A stretch of DNA of 64,000 nucleotides from the NCBI RefSeq assembly GCF_009914755.1, contig NC_060929.1, one strand, 5' to 3'. Shown here one piece after another: positions 40,319 through 54,500 of the stretch (positions are counted from its first letter, which is position 1; every line of letters starts with the position of its first letter). The translations under genes were made by a program, and so were the position numbers. The stretch comes from the human T2T-CHM13v2.0 reference genome, Homo sapiens. A model generated the notes under the pieces. That model saw nothing but the letters and a program-made list of their open reading frames with translations, was not told the DNA's origin and did not search any database.

Positions 40319-43300
40319 TTAACAAATTTTAAATAAGTAGTTCAATTGTTCCAGCACAATTTGGTGAAAATATTGTCCTTTCTCCATTGAACTGCCTTTG
40401 TCACTTTGTCAAAAATCAGTTGACTAAGGCAACTGATTTTATTATTTTAACGTATTTTATTAATATATGTACATTTATAGGCTATGTACCGTGTTTTGTT
40501 GTTCCAGATTATATGCCATTTCACTGGTATTATACTGTATTAATTCTTATAGCTTTATTGTCTTGAAATTGAGCAGCGTTGGTCCTCCAACTTTCTTCTT
40601 TTTCAGAATTATTTGGACTATTCCTATTTTCCTTTTCACATAAATTTTATAATCAAGTTAACTATATATATGAATAAAGCTTCCTGAGATTTTGATTACA
40701 ATTGTGTTATATCTATAGATCAAATTGGGAAAAACTAAAATCTTAAAAATATTGAGGCTTGTGGTCTATGAACATTGTATGTTCTCCATTAATTTAGGTC
40801 TTATTTTATTTCTTTCATCAGGGTTTTATTGTTTTTAGCATACAGATCTTACACATATTTTGTTAGATTTATACATAAACATTTTAATTTTTGGTGCTAT
40901 CATGATGTTTGTTTCTAAAATTTCAAATTCCAGTTGTTCATTGCTAGTATATGGGAATACGGTTAACTTTTGTATTCTGTAATTTTGCAAACCTCACTTA
41001 TTAGTTGTAAGAGCTTTTTTATTGGTGCTTTGAGATTTTTTTTACAGAGATGATAATCTCTGTATTTTTTTTGTAGATGATAATCATGTCATCTACAAAT
41101 ACAGTTTTATTTCTTTTATTCCTATCTTTGTGCCATTTTTTTCCATATTGAATAGAAGTTAGTGAGAAAGGACATACTTTTCTTGCTTTTGATCTTGGTG
41201 GGAAAGCATTTAGTCTCTCACTGTTAAGTATTAGTTCTAGGTTTGGGTTTTTTTTTCTGTTTATTAGGTTAAGAAATTTTCCTTCTAGTTTACTGAGAGT
41301 TTTACTTTTAAATTATGAACAAATGTTGAATTTTGTAATGCTTTTCCTGCATCTATTAGATGGCATGGTTTTTCTTCTTTAGTCTGCTAAGATGGTGAAT
41401 TACATTGATTAATATTTGAATATTGAACGAGACATTTCTGGGATGAACCCCACTGGTTGTGATGTATTATCTTTTTAATGTATTGCTGGATTTAATTTGC
41501 TAATATTTTATTGATAAGTTTTATATTTATGTTCATGAGGACTACTGATCTGTAGTTCTCTTGTAAAATCTTTGTCAGGTTTTGGTATTAATATAATTCT
41601 ATTTTATTTGAAGAAATGAATTCCATATAAGTAGACTAGGAACCCTTTGTCCTTGTGAATTGTGAGGGAATAAAATGGTAAATAATACTGTGATACTATA
41701 CATAGTCTACCTTTTTTGACTGAGGTGAAATTGTAGAACTCTTGATCTCTGTTCATCTTTCTCTGCCTCTTGGTAGAGTGCATGCTTTCTTCTCCTCCAT
41801 AAGTGGCTTGGTACCTACAGTGCTAGCACCAGTGCAGGCATATATCTTGTCGCTAAAGCTGTGCCAGCCTTCTGCAAAGGGTAGTGTTTAAAAATTCCAG
41901 AAAACTGAGACCCAATTTGCATAGAATTTTGCATGCATGTTAGCTAGTGAGGAGAAATGAAAAATAAGTATTTGGAACTGGCACAAAGTTCAGTGAACTT
42001 TTCCCTCGAAATTATCAGCATGCTTCTATTATACACAGAACAATAGAAAAGTCCTCATTAAACTAATAGAACAGAATCATATTCCCACTACTTGCATTCC
42101 AGGCTCATAACCTAGTTCATGAGTTGCCCTTCTTTTAATCTTGTTTGGAGGAAAAATGGAAGGAAATAAGTAAGTTGTATGATAATATAACTTTGTTCTG
42201 GGATTGGAGATCATTACTTTGTTTATCAATCTATTAAATGTAAATATTTAAATATAAATACAATGAGCATTAGTTGAGGGGGTTTCTTTATTCACCATTT
42301 ATTGTGGTTTCCCCAAATGTAATTATATTTTCTTTCCCTTTCTCTTGCAGATGGGGTAAATTCACCCACCCTAAGGAAATGAAATAAAATTACTGTATGA
42401 AGACCAAATTTATATGAAAATGAAGTATTTGAGGCAGTCAATATTCTAATTGTGAAAAAATTTTAAGTTCCCCACAAAGGGTTTAAGTCAGTGTAGAAAA
42501 TCTGTTTGTCAGTGGTCAGCCTGGTGGAACGTATTTCCCAAGTGAACTCCAATGACATATATCCTCAAATGCATGCAACCATTCTCCTAGGTCTTCTCTC
42601 TATTTTGCTTTCTTCATACTTGTTTTTCAACATTCTTATTTGTTTTTATTATGTTTCTCTATCTTTATCTCTTTTCTGTCTATTAGCTGGTATTGAGAAT
42701 TCAGGGCTAAGTATTAAATCCAAGATGATGTCATTTTCTTGCAGTCACAACTTACCTTTACCTGTTGGAACGGGTGAGAGATGTACTTGATGGGGAGAGT
42801 GAGAGAGTTAAGAGGAAGATGGGCCATAGCATCTTTTCAGTCCTGTTTACTTCAATTCTGAACAGATAGAAGTTCTAGCAGAACTATTTAAGATGTAATC
42901 TTGACATGTTTGTGAATATTATCACCACTCAGAAGTCTGGAAACACAGAAACATGTTTTTTTGGTGGGGGGAGGGTAAGCGAGAAAGGTCACTAAAGGGT
43001 AGGCTATTCTGAATACATGTTATTTATGAAGTAGACTTTTTAAACTTAGGAATGACTATAGAATTTTGCATGGCAAATTAAATATTTTTTATGCACATCT
43101 TAAAGGAAGACATGGACTAACAATATATACAGCTTCTGGGTTGAAGTATCCTTTTCTCTTATTTTGGCATTATTGATGTTTTTCAGAGAGAGAGAGAAAG
43201 AGAGGAAATATTTGCAAAATTAAAAATTGCAAATAGATGTCTTTAAACAGAAATCATTAATTTATCATCAGGGAAAATGAAGGAAAGAAAGAGGCTAAAC

Positions 43301-43344
43301 ATATCTTGGATTTTAGACCTAAATAAGAGGAATGAGCTGGGTGG

Positions 43345-43510
43345 TACAGGTCAAGCTACATCTCTTGTATTAGCACTTAAACTGGGGACTTTAACCGCCC
43401 TGTGTCTTGGTTTTCTCCAGCGTAGAGTGAGGATAATGTGTAGCACTTGGCCATGTAAAGTGCCTGCATCAGTGACTGACAAATAGTTAATTATCGTTAT
43501 TATCATCTTT
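43345..43510 (+). mobile_element. MIR fragment
   Basis: actttaaccgccctgtgtcttggttttctcc...gaggataat...catgtaaagtgcctg. Confidence 0.55.
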
Positions 43511-43964
43511 GGGACCAGATAAGGAGAAGATCAAGGTCACTTGAAACTGATAGGAAGTATGAGGGCAGGATATAAAGAACAAAGAAATCAGTTTCTAGCT
43601 TTGAGTATTAAGATGTAGTGAGGTGGGGAATGCAAGACTGAGCTCTTTCTGTTGGAACTTTTTCGAGTTTTTGAATAAAAGGTTGAAGGTGTGAAGAAAA
43701 ATAAAACTGGAACTGATCACGTGGTCCATCCCCGGGAGGCACTAAAGAATATCACCGGGTGTTGAAATGTGTCCAGTGATAATTCTTCTATCCTCAGAAG
43801 AGAATGCCCAGGAAAGTCCAAGGTCAAAGGAGAGAGCAAGCACAAGTGAAGATTATTCTGAGGACATCCTGTGTTTGCTTTACCACCAATACTATGGTAT
43901 CTACATCAACACAATTTTTGGGCCATATGTCCCTATATCTCTGGGTGTATGACTCTGTGTGTAT

Positions 43965-44190
43965 ATATGCATATTTATTTATTTAGATAAACTTCTATGC
44001 AGTCATATGCACAAATCTTAAGAGTATACATGATAAATTTTTACAAATATGTACACCTGTGTCACCATCACCCAGAGCAAGACATACATTTCTAGCACCC
44101 CAACGGTCCCTTGTGCCCACTTCTGGTCATTACCCTCTCCAAAGATAAACACCATTTAGACTTGTATCATAAGAGATTAGTTTCTTGCAG
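43965..44190 (-). mobile_element. L1ME-type 3' end
   Basis: atgcacaaatcttaagagtataca...acacctgtgtcaccatcacccagagcaagac. Confidence 0.7.
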
Positions 44191-44406
44191 TAAAAGGTGT
44201 GAATAGAATGGTTTTCTCCCTAGCGTGTGAGTGTTGAGAAAGTAAAACTTCAGCAAGACACGAAAATGTTTAACTTAGGAAAAAAAAGGTGAGATCTTTG
44301 ATGATATCTTTATCAACAAATATATTATCACTCCTTAATACAAAGTGAATGCTAATTCATGAGGTTTATTCATTTCTTACCACCCTTGTGAAAACATTTC
44401 TCCCCT

Positions 44407-44897
44407 TGTATGAATCAGAGCTCTTAATTGCAAGCAACAGAACTCTGATTTAGGCAAAAAATAAAGTAATTGCGAGGTGGCTGGAAACCAAGCTCAGAAA
44501 AGAGATAGGAACAACAGAAAGTCACCGGACCCACAGTCAAAGCCTTGTCCTGTCCAAGGTGGAGTCTGGCTCTGGTGCTGTTGCTGCTGCTGAATTGTGC
44601 TGCTGACTCAATTGTGGTTGCCCCTGCCACTACCATGAATAAGCTCTAAGGACCCTGGGCCTTTTTGTCACTCACTGCAAATTCAAAGCCTAGCAGGAGA
44701 CACAAGAGTTGAGCCTAGGTCATATGACTGCTAAGGACCAAGAGAGGAAATGTCCACTTCCGTATTATAAGGTAGGGTCTCTTCTGCCACTGAAACTCAC
44801 ACAATGGGTGATTCTCTAAAAATAGAAAGGAAGTTTGGATGCTGTTCAGAGAAAAAAAGAAAAACAAAACAACCCAAAAGGCAAATGTCTACAATAC
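44407..44897 (-). mobile_element. Old MaLR LTR (late MLT1 subfamily)
   Basis: ttgcaagcaacagaac at the start, gagcctaggtcatatg, and aaatgtctacaatac at the end. Confidence 0.55.
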
Positions 44898-46934
44898 CTT
44901 AAAGTTTCTTTTATTAATGTTATTTAATTATTGCTATTTTGATGTTATTTTAGAGCCATAATTTACTGCCAAAATAGATTTTACCTATAGCTCATAGCAC
45001 ATCCAAAGTATAATTATGTGTTGGATAGAAGATGCCAGGTACCTGCAGAACAAAGTGCTACTATCGTGATACGCTGTTCACTTGCATATTTAACCATTCA
45101 TGGAACTCCTAACAGTCATCTCTGAGGAGTTGTGCCTTGAATTTTCAAATAAAATTATTTCCATGTCATTTCTTTGCATCTGGCTTTGCAAAGAAGGCTT
45201 GCCTACAACTGAGAGGTGACATGTGCTAATCGGAGTTCCATCTTCACGCACTTACACGGGTATCAGCTACTGTCGTTCAGTTCAGCAGTTGCTCAAAGAT
45301 GAGGCGTTATCAGTTTAATTTGTTACAAAAGGAAGGGAGGATAATCTCTTCTGATTAAAACTATAGGTTTGTTTTGGAATGAAGACCAATGTAAATTTAA
45401 TTTACTTGTCCTTAAGAAGTTAAAAACTATCCAGGGAAGACTAATTTTTTTTTTATGACAAGCTGTAATGCACCGGCACCTTTATTTCCTAAATTAATGT
45501 TGTCACCTAACCAGTCATGATTCTGTTAGCTGAGAATTATTGTTTTTTGTGTTTTGATAGCAAATCTTGAGAATCAGATCAAAATTCTGTGCAGTGTCCA
45601 TGCCAGCATGAAGGGTTTGGAATGTTGAGGGCCTGTTTGGAGACATTCTATTCTTTTTATTCAGGATATTTGTTTCTATTAACAGTAGGTTTCTTCACCT
45701 GTTACATAGCCTGTTGTGGCCTGGATTTTGCTTATGTTTGTTTTGACTTGAGTCAATTCAGAGGAAGATAATGCTTATTGCTAGTGCAGCCAGTGTCCTA
45801 TTTAGGGCAGTAGTGTCCCATCCAACTAGTGTTTGCAGGATGACTCTGTGGCCCTAGGAGCGTCCTCATTGTGGGGAGAGTCTGAGCACCTGAGCTCAGG
45901 CCACTGTGTGTTTCAGTTTGCTTTGTTGTGGATACACCACTTATGTCACACCTAGCCAGCCCCAGCTACCGCAGACTCTTAGTTACCTTCTTTAGACTTT
46001 TTCAGAATGCTTGTTTTTCAGCATTGTCCGTAGTAATATCAGTGCTCAATGATGAAGGCAATTTGAAGGATTATTTGATGGCTTGGAGAAAATGTCTGTT
46101 TCAGCTAAACAAATTTTATTTAAAAATATTTAGTTAAACTAAATACTAGGAAAAGAAACTCTGGATTCTAAGGATTTGTGACTATTATAAAGTTCATGTT
46201 TAGCATGTAAGTCTTGTTACTAAGAGATGCTCTATGCCTCCTGTGCTTGGAATTTCTACTGGTTTCCCAGTATAAAAAGGATACTGCTGCTTTTAGATGT
46301 GACTTTTTAATATCCTTGAAATGTATTCTTTATTTGAATCATTGTAATTGCTGACCTTAGACAATTTCTTGAGACAGAGGATCCAGAATGAATTTTTTAG
46401 AATCCTGAAAAATCCACCCAAACAAATCCTTAGGTAGCTCAGGTTAATTAACAGAATGCGATTCCATAATTCCACAGTGATAGTTTGTAGCTATGGTCAA
46501 CTTTGTAAATGCAGGCCTGTTGCTACTCTAACAAAACAAATTATTTAGTATGCTGGCTTTGTTCCCATTGTAGACTCAAGCCTGAGGCCTATTTGCCCCC
46601 TCTTCCTCCTCTCCGTTCCTTATCTCCTGACTGTCTTCCTGGGAATCTGCTTATTAAATTGTTCATGTCAGTTGGATGGTTACCCTCCTTTATTTCTCTC
46701 GTCTTTAACCTTGTCTTCTTCACATTGTAGCCAATCTCCCTATTCTCTTCCCTGTAGCTGCCACCATCTAGTCCTTTCTGGGAAATCCCTTTATATAATA
46801 TGAATATAATATTTGCGAAAACTGTAATGATTACAATAACTTAAGTTTCAGGCAGTATAGCCACACCACCAATAATAATAATGTAGAAAGTGGTTGTGTT
46901 TTTATTTGTTACTGAAAGTTCATCATTTGTTACT

Positions 46935-47050
46935 ACTTTCATTTATTCAGTAAAAAGTTAAAAGTGCCAACTGCATGTCAGGTATTGCACTAGGTGCTGG
47001 AAATACAACAAGAAGAGAGCTCATAGATAAGGTAGAAGAAAGGTAAATCA
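46935..47050 (-). mobile_element. L2 3' fragment
   Basis: ttcatttattcag...gtgccaactgcatgtcaggtattgcactaggtgctggaaatacaa. Confidence 0.65.
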
Positions 47051-47149
47051 TGATGATAGTGTATAAGCCTTTGAAAGAGTGTCATGTGTAAGTTTATTAT
47101 TGTATCAATCAGAGCAATAATGAACTGTTGCTGTTGGACATGGAAATGA

Positions 47150-47514
<365 letters not shown>

Positions 47515-48478
47515 TAGCAGGATTATAGACCTCCCAAAGTTATACTCAGGTATGAAGAAGAATGTAGTTTCTTCAGGTCTTTCTGAGAGCCATTTGATCC
47601 TCCTGATCCCCTGTCTGCTGGGTAGCAGAAGATGACAAAATGACTCTGCTCTAGGGATGTTGTCTGATGCAATGATCTAAATAATTTGTTTAGGTCTTGC
47701 ATGCTCATTTACTTAGATAAAATACTCAGCCTCCTAACTATTTGACTTCTTACTCTGCACCTTTCCAGGATGGTTTCCAAATGTATGGGGACAGGGGAGT
47801 GTTGGAGGTGAGGGATTCCTTGGCTTCATGCAGTCCTCAGTGACTCATTCATCTTTGAGTGTCTGCTTGCATCTGTGTCTGCAGGCATAGACGGTACGTT
47901 GGTCTCTTTCAGCCATGTCTGGGCCCAGATGTGTTCCTGAGCTGACCTTGACCCCACTTCCTCTTAGTTCTTGCTGATGCTGTTTGGACCCCTCCAAATC
48001 TCTGTCACATTCTCCATACAGCCCATGGCCTAGGATGTCACTCGTGTAATCACTCTACTCCTGAGGGACATCTTTCTTCTCACCAGGCTGAGCCTGTTGC
48101 CACTCAACTCACTACTATCTTCATCCTCCCTAGGGGTGCACAGGGACTTCTGGTCCCATCCACACCGCACTAGAACTGAAGCTGGCTAGGGAAAGCTAAA
48201 CACTATCCTTCCCTCACCCAGCCTCTCGGCATTGCTGTGTTTACTGTGCTCTGTTCATCTCCTGGGCTGACGCAAGAACAGCCTCCCCAAATCACAGAGA
48301 GTCAGCTGCCACTCACTCAGAAGTGTGTCATAATTTATCTGACAACCATTTCCTTCTCTGGGGCCAAAACCCAGAAAAGGAGATCAAGACTCAGCTGTTT
48401 TGCCTCCTGCCTCTCCTTGTAATTCCCTGGTTCCAGAAGCCAGTCAATGTTGGGCTTTCCCCCTCTTTTCTTCTCCTA

Positions 48479-48778
<300 letters not shown>

Positions 48779-50869
48779 TCATAAGGCCTGCATTTCCAGC
48801 CCATTGTCTTGTTGTAAAAATCATACTTGGGATTTCAGAAACTGACATTTCTCTTTTCCTTTCTGCAGCAACAGTGCTAAAATGTTTCCTCTCCTCACTT
48901 CCAGCCCCAAGAGCCCCAAGGCAGGTGGATGTTTCAGGCTGACAAAAGAAAGCTCCCATACACAAAATGAGAAAGAAAAAAAGATGCACATCATGATTTT
49001 TCAAATGTGTTATAGTAGATGTCAGTGATTCATAAATAATCACTTCTGTACAAGTTTGAAAATATGTGCATAGCACTGTAGTATGTAAATATGCGCAAGG
49101 TGAATGCTTGCCATTCCACAGCAGGTGTCTGTTCCTGGAGGCAAGCCCTCGGTTGTGCCACTATAATGGATTACTAGTGTAATCGAGGCAAGGCAGTTTA
49201 CATTCTTACACTGGGGATTTTATCTCTAACTAATTACTGGATATGACTAGTTGCCAGGTGTCATTAAAGGAAAGCTGCTGAATACCATGCAATGAAGAAA
49301 AACTATAGGCTGAAGAATGAGCAGGCACAGATTCCAATATTAATTCTGCTTGTTGCCGCAGAGGCGAATAGTAAAAATAAAAAATGAGTTCCTATAAAAT
49401 ACAAATGAGTTAATGTATATTAAGGTGCTTTGAGTATGGCAATTTTCCTAAGGAGTATTAGTTATAAATATTTAAAACAACATAGACATGTATTTCCAGT
49501 TGTGCCATTTTAGATTGTAGAGATGAATAATCATTGTATTTTACAGATGAGAAGGGTCAAATTACCCCATGAATAGACATGACAGGTGGTCCCTGGAGGA
49601 AGTATGGTCTTTCTCTTTAAATGAATGAATGACAGAACCTTGGAAAACTAAGGGACAGTTGAAAAAGAAGAAAAAGGAAGGGAAAATGGTAGTTTGACGG
49701 GAGGGAAGTGTAGAATTTTGACAAAGGAGTAGTCATCAAAAATAGCAGGCAGAGAGAGGTCAGGAGAGATTGGACTCAGCCTCTAAGACCTCAGTGGAGG
49801 CTTTGATCCAGGGATTTCAGAGGTGAGATGTCAGCCAGAGTGTGGCGGGTTAGAAGGGAAATAGGGAAAATGCAAGAGGAGGAAGGGGAATGACGGGTGG
49901 GATGGTAAAATTCGACAAGTTGGAAGGAGGCTCACAGATGGTGTTTGAAAAGAGAAATGTCCTCCTCTGAGCCTTGAAGAAAGGCGTGAAGGAGAGTCAT
50001 GGGCTGGATGGACCAGAGCTGTGCATCCAGGTCTTCTAGCCTTGTTTATTGTTCTTCCTGCTGACCGATTGCTCCTTACAAATGGCACATAAACATGTAT
50101 GTCTCAAAGTTGACATCCAAACAACCCCACAACAACCTAAAGTGCCAGCTCTGAGAAAAATCAAAGAAACATATACTTAGTGATTTTGCTGACCACATTA
50201 GGATCTGAAGAACCTTTGGGAGAATCTGAAAGATCCATGCCTGTTCAAAATAACGGCTTATATAACATATTGCTTCTCAAATTTCTTCATAGCAAAAGAA
50301 GTTCAAGCTCATTCCATTCATCATTAGTTTTAAAATAGAGGTTAGAGAATTTTGTTATTTTAATTCTAACTAAAGTCTTTGTTTTGAGAATCTGAAGAAC
50401 AGGAAATTCTTGAATCTGGACATCTCTTTCCTTCTCTCTCTCTTTTTCTTCTCCCTTTGGCCTGGAAGAGCAGGGGAAGCCACAGAGGCTGCTCTCCACC
50501 ATGTATGAGGAAGGATGGGGGCCTGGGAATAGGCTGGGTTGCATTGTCCTGCCATGGTGTCTGTGGGGACTCTGTAGTATGAATTTCTACTTCAGGGCTT
50601 TGGGGACACCTATTAGCTTCTTTCTTCAACCTTCTCGCTTTTACCATCTTCTTGAGTCACTGCCTACATGAACCCTCTAGTGAAACCCTTGAGAAGTAAA
50701 GTAAAAGCATTACCTACTTAGATCCTGTTGAATGTGCAAATAGGGAAAAATCTGAAACCTCTATAGTGCCTGGGTTTGGGCTACTGGTCAGTGACTTCAG
50801 GTATATTTTCCCCCCAGAAGCTGCCTCTGCTGTGATCACTGTTGAAGCCTCTGTTTTAAATGAACCTGA

Positions 50870-51058
<189 letters not shown>

Positions 51059-51534
51059 TAGCTGTTTTTGATTGAGAATTGCCCTAGAGGTTTTATTTAT
51101 TTGTAAAATTAATGGTATCCTTGATTTTTGATCACATAACTAATAGTTGTCAGGCCAGTGCCCTTTGCATGGGAACTATTTAGGAATCTTGTTACCATCT
51201 GTCGGTATTCCCTTTGTTAGAGATGCTCTTGGTATAAAGGGCTCAGCAGCAGTTTTGTCATGAGCTCAGTGTTGGCCCCACCCTAATCTAGAAATTTCTT
51301 TGCAGGTTTAGGCACACAATATCTAATGAGTATATCTGGGAGCCTGTCAATTATGATCTTTTGCTGCTATTCAGTGGTAATTGAAAAATAATTAAGCAGT
51401 AGCACACAGATATATCTGACACATGTGACTTAGAGATAGAAAAGCTTGCTGCTATGCTAAACTATTTAATAGGCTAAGCAAAAAGATTCGTCGTGAATAT
51501 GTAACAATAGCTTTTCCGAAGGAAGGGAGGGAAA

Positions 51535-51700
51535 GATAATTAATATTCTTGAACATCCATGACATAGCAGACACTGTGCTAGCTGTTTCATCAACCTTTT
51601 ATTTAATTCCCATTACTTACCCAGTGTGCTAAGTATGATTTCCTCTCTCTAAAACTCAGAGAAATTATAAATGCTGTGTCCAAAGCTGCACAGCTATTTA
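51535..51700 (-). mobile_element. MIR fragment
   Basis: cagacactgtgctag...atttaattcc...aaactcagagaaattataaatgctgtgtccaaagctgcacagcta. Confidence 0.55.
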
Positions 51701-52468
51701 CCAGATGTCCTGGGACTACCAGAGTGTAAGGACTCAATAAATGTTTGTGCTATGGATGAATGGAATGTGAATGAAATGGCCTGCAGCCCAGGCAAGTTTT
51801 CACATTACCATTTGTCTCTCATCTCACCATGTGTTTCAAAACATAAAACGCTTTGTTTATCTTTTAGGAAGACCCACTTTTCTTTGAATGGGACATGAAA
51901 ATAATGGGTGTGGATATTCTTACTCCTATTTATTGTTGAACATTTGGTTCCTGATTTAAACTTCAAAGTACGACTCCTATGAGAGTTTAATCTCCAGAAA
52001 ATCCCTGATGAGAAACAGGCAGATAGATATCTATTTTATGATAAATCCTTATTCATTCAGAATTTCAGAGGCAATGAAGATGAAAAAGGCAAATGCATAC
52101 ATATCTCTCTCTATCCATATATATTAACAAATAAGGCTAACCATGTTTTAAAGTAGCCATTTTTTGTGATCTGTTTTAATGAACAGATTAGTATAGTACT
52201 GTAGTTTTTTATGTTTTAATTTAGACCGTCATCTTGAGGCCTTAAAATAATTTAATATCTTAATTAGCCAAAGCATTCCCTTTCAAGAACATTAGCTTGC
52301 TAGCCATCCTTTCTTATGTAGTATGAAGATATATTTTAGTCCATATTCTAATTTAATAAAGTTTTACATTATTTTCAAAGTGTCTCTGAAAGAGATTAAT
52401 GTAATTGTGGTTCAGTAATTATTCCTGTCCCTGTTCTAGGTTAGTCTCCTCTCTTATCTTCTCCATAG

Positions 52469-52800
<332 letters not shown>

Positions 52801-53714
52801 CCAAGAATGTTTTTTAAGAAAAACAATTTCTTGCTTTATGAAAATCAGTTTCACATCTTTGGTCTAATTATGTTGTTTTAATTTTCAACAAAGATCAGTT
52901 AAGGTTTATTTGTATGCTTTTCTAAATGAAGGGGGAAGAAAAGAACAAAACAAAAAAACCAGTTCCCCCATTAAGCTCAAGAGGAAGTTTCTTGTTCTCA
53001 AATCCATTTAAGAGGATAAGCCATTCAAAATCTCCTCTGTCACCTCTCAGACATATTTTTCTAATATCACAAAGGCGTGGAGGGCATTCTAAGCCCTAAA
53101 TTGAGCAAAATGAATTGGCCTTGTGACTATTTATCCATGCATTAATTGGTCTAGGAATGGTTCTAGCATGAGCATGAAGAAAACTAGAAGTATTCAACTA
53201 CACCTAAATCCACTCTCTGGAGTAGATTCTGGGGTTTGCATTTGGGGGCAGTTCCCAAAAGTATCAGGCCTCTGTCTCTGTTCCCTTTTCTCTCAAGCTC
53301 CTTGGAATCCCTGGGTGGTTGTCCAGTGGTCCACAGAGGTACCTGTGCCAGGGTCTGCGGGGGCATCCCAGGCAGGCCTGAGCATCCTGAACCTTATTTC
53401 ATCCATGCACCTCTGTTAAAAATTCTCATTCCTCTATTAAAATGTTGTGGGAATTAGACCAAAGGTTGATGAAACAGCTAGCACAGTGTCTGATTTGTCA
53501 TGGGTGTTCAAGCAAAATTCTCAAATCTCTGTTTAAAATTCTCTATTAAAAATTAAGAATTCTGTGCCTACTAGGTAATAATTACATAATCTTAAAAATC
53601 AACCTCTTTTTTCCCTTAGGAAATATAGATACATTTTTGAGAAAGAATTGCCCAGAATCTAAATATAATCTGGACATGAATAGAATTTCAGTTCTAAATG
53701 CATGATTCTTTTGA

Positions 53715-54500
53715 AAAAGGCAGATACTATATGCAGTGTGAACGTGCATATAGTAAAATCCCCCCCTTTTTAGTGTACAGTTCTGACTGTTGACAAATAC
53801 ACAGAGTACTGCAACCAAATATGGAACATTAACATCACCCCAAAATTCCCTGTGCTGCCCCTTTGTTGTAGCCAGTGCTTCCTCTAACCTCAATCCCTGT
53901 CAACTGCTGTTCTTTTCCCTATAGCTGTAAAAGATAACATTTCCAAGATGTCATATAATTGGAATCCTATGTTATGTAGCCATTCAAGTCTGGCTTTTAC
54001 CATTCAGCTTAAGTCATTTGAGATTCATCCATTCGTTTCATGTTTTAAAACTTTGTTCCTTTGTATTTCTTAGTAGTATTACATTGTGTGGAGGTAACAC
54101 AGCTTATTCACTGAAGGATATCTGAGATGATTCCAGTTTTTGGTGATTACAAATAGAGCTGCCATAACCATCCATACACAGATTTCATGTGAATATAAGT
54201 TTATACAACACCTAAATAAATACCTGGGAGTAGAATTTCTAGGTCGTATGGTAAGTTTATATTTATCAAAGGGAGATTGTTAAATGTATTTCAGATTTTA
54301 TTTTTCTTCTAATTATAAAAGTGATGTATGTTTGTTGTAGAAAACTTAAAAAATATAGAAAAGTACCAAAAAGGTTAAAAAAAACCCTTAATTCCATATG
54401 TATTTCATTGTCATCTGGGTATGTGCATAATCTATTTACCAATTGTTTGGTGTCCTATTTTTTGTTTCACAAATATTTTCTGTGTCATTAAATATTAAAT
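53715..54500 (-). mobile_element. Old L1ME/MC-type fragments
   Basis: agtgtacagttctg...gaacattaacatcaccccaaaattccctgtgctgcccctttg...taaatacctgggagtagaatt. Confidence 0.75.

Larger units (their letters stand above)
37320..41600 (-). mobile_element. Long old L1 (L1MD/L1MC-like) hosting three younger insertions
   Basis: Collinear L1 3'UTR-to-ORF2 sequence resumes after each insertion (e.g. ttctccattgaactgcctttgtcactttgtcaaaaatcagttgact); ORF 39414..39641(-) is ORF2-like. Confidence 0.8.

Noticed and set aside
42325-42362. Strong acceptor ttttctttccctttctcttgCAG followed a few nt later by GTAAAT; considered as a recursive splice site or microexon
   Set aside because: Not an AG|GT recursive junction, and the donor is weak.
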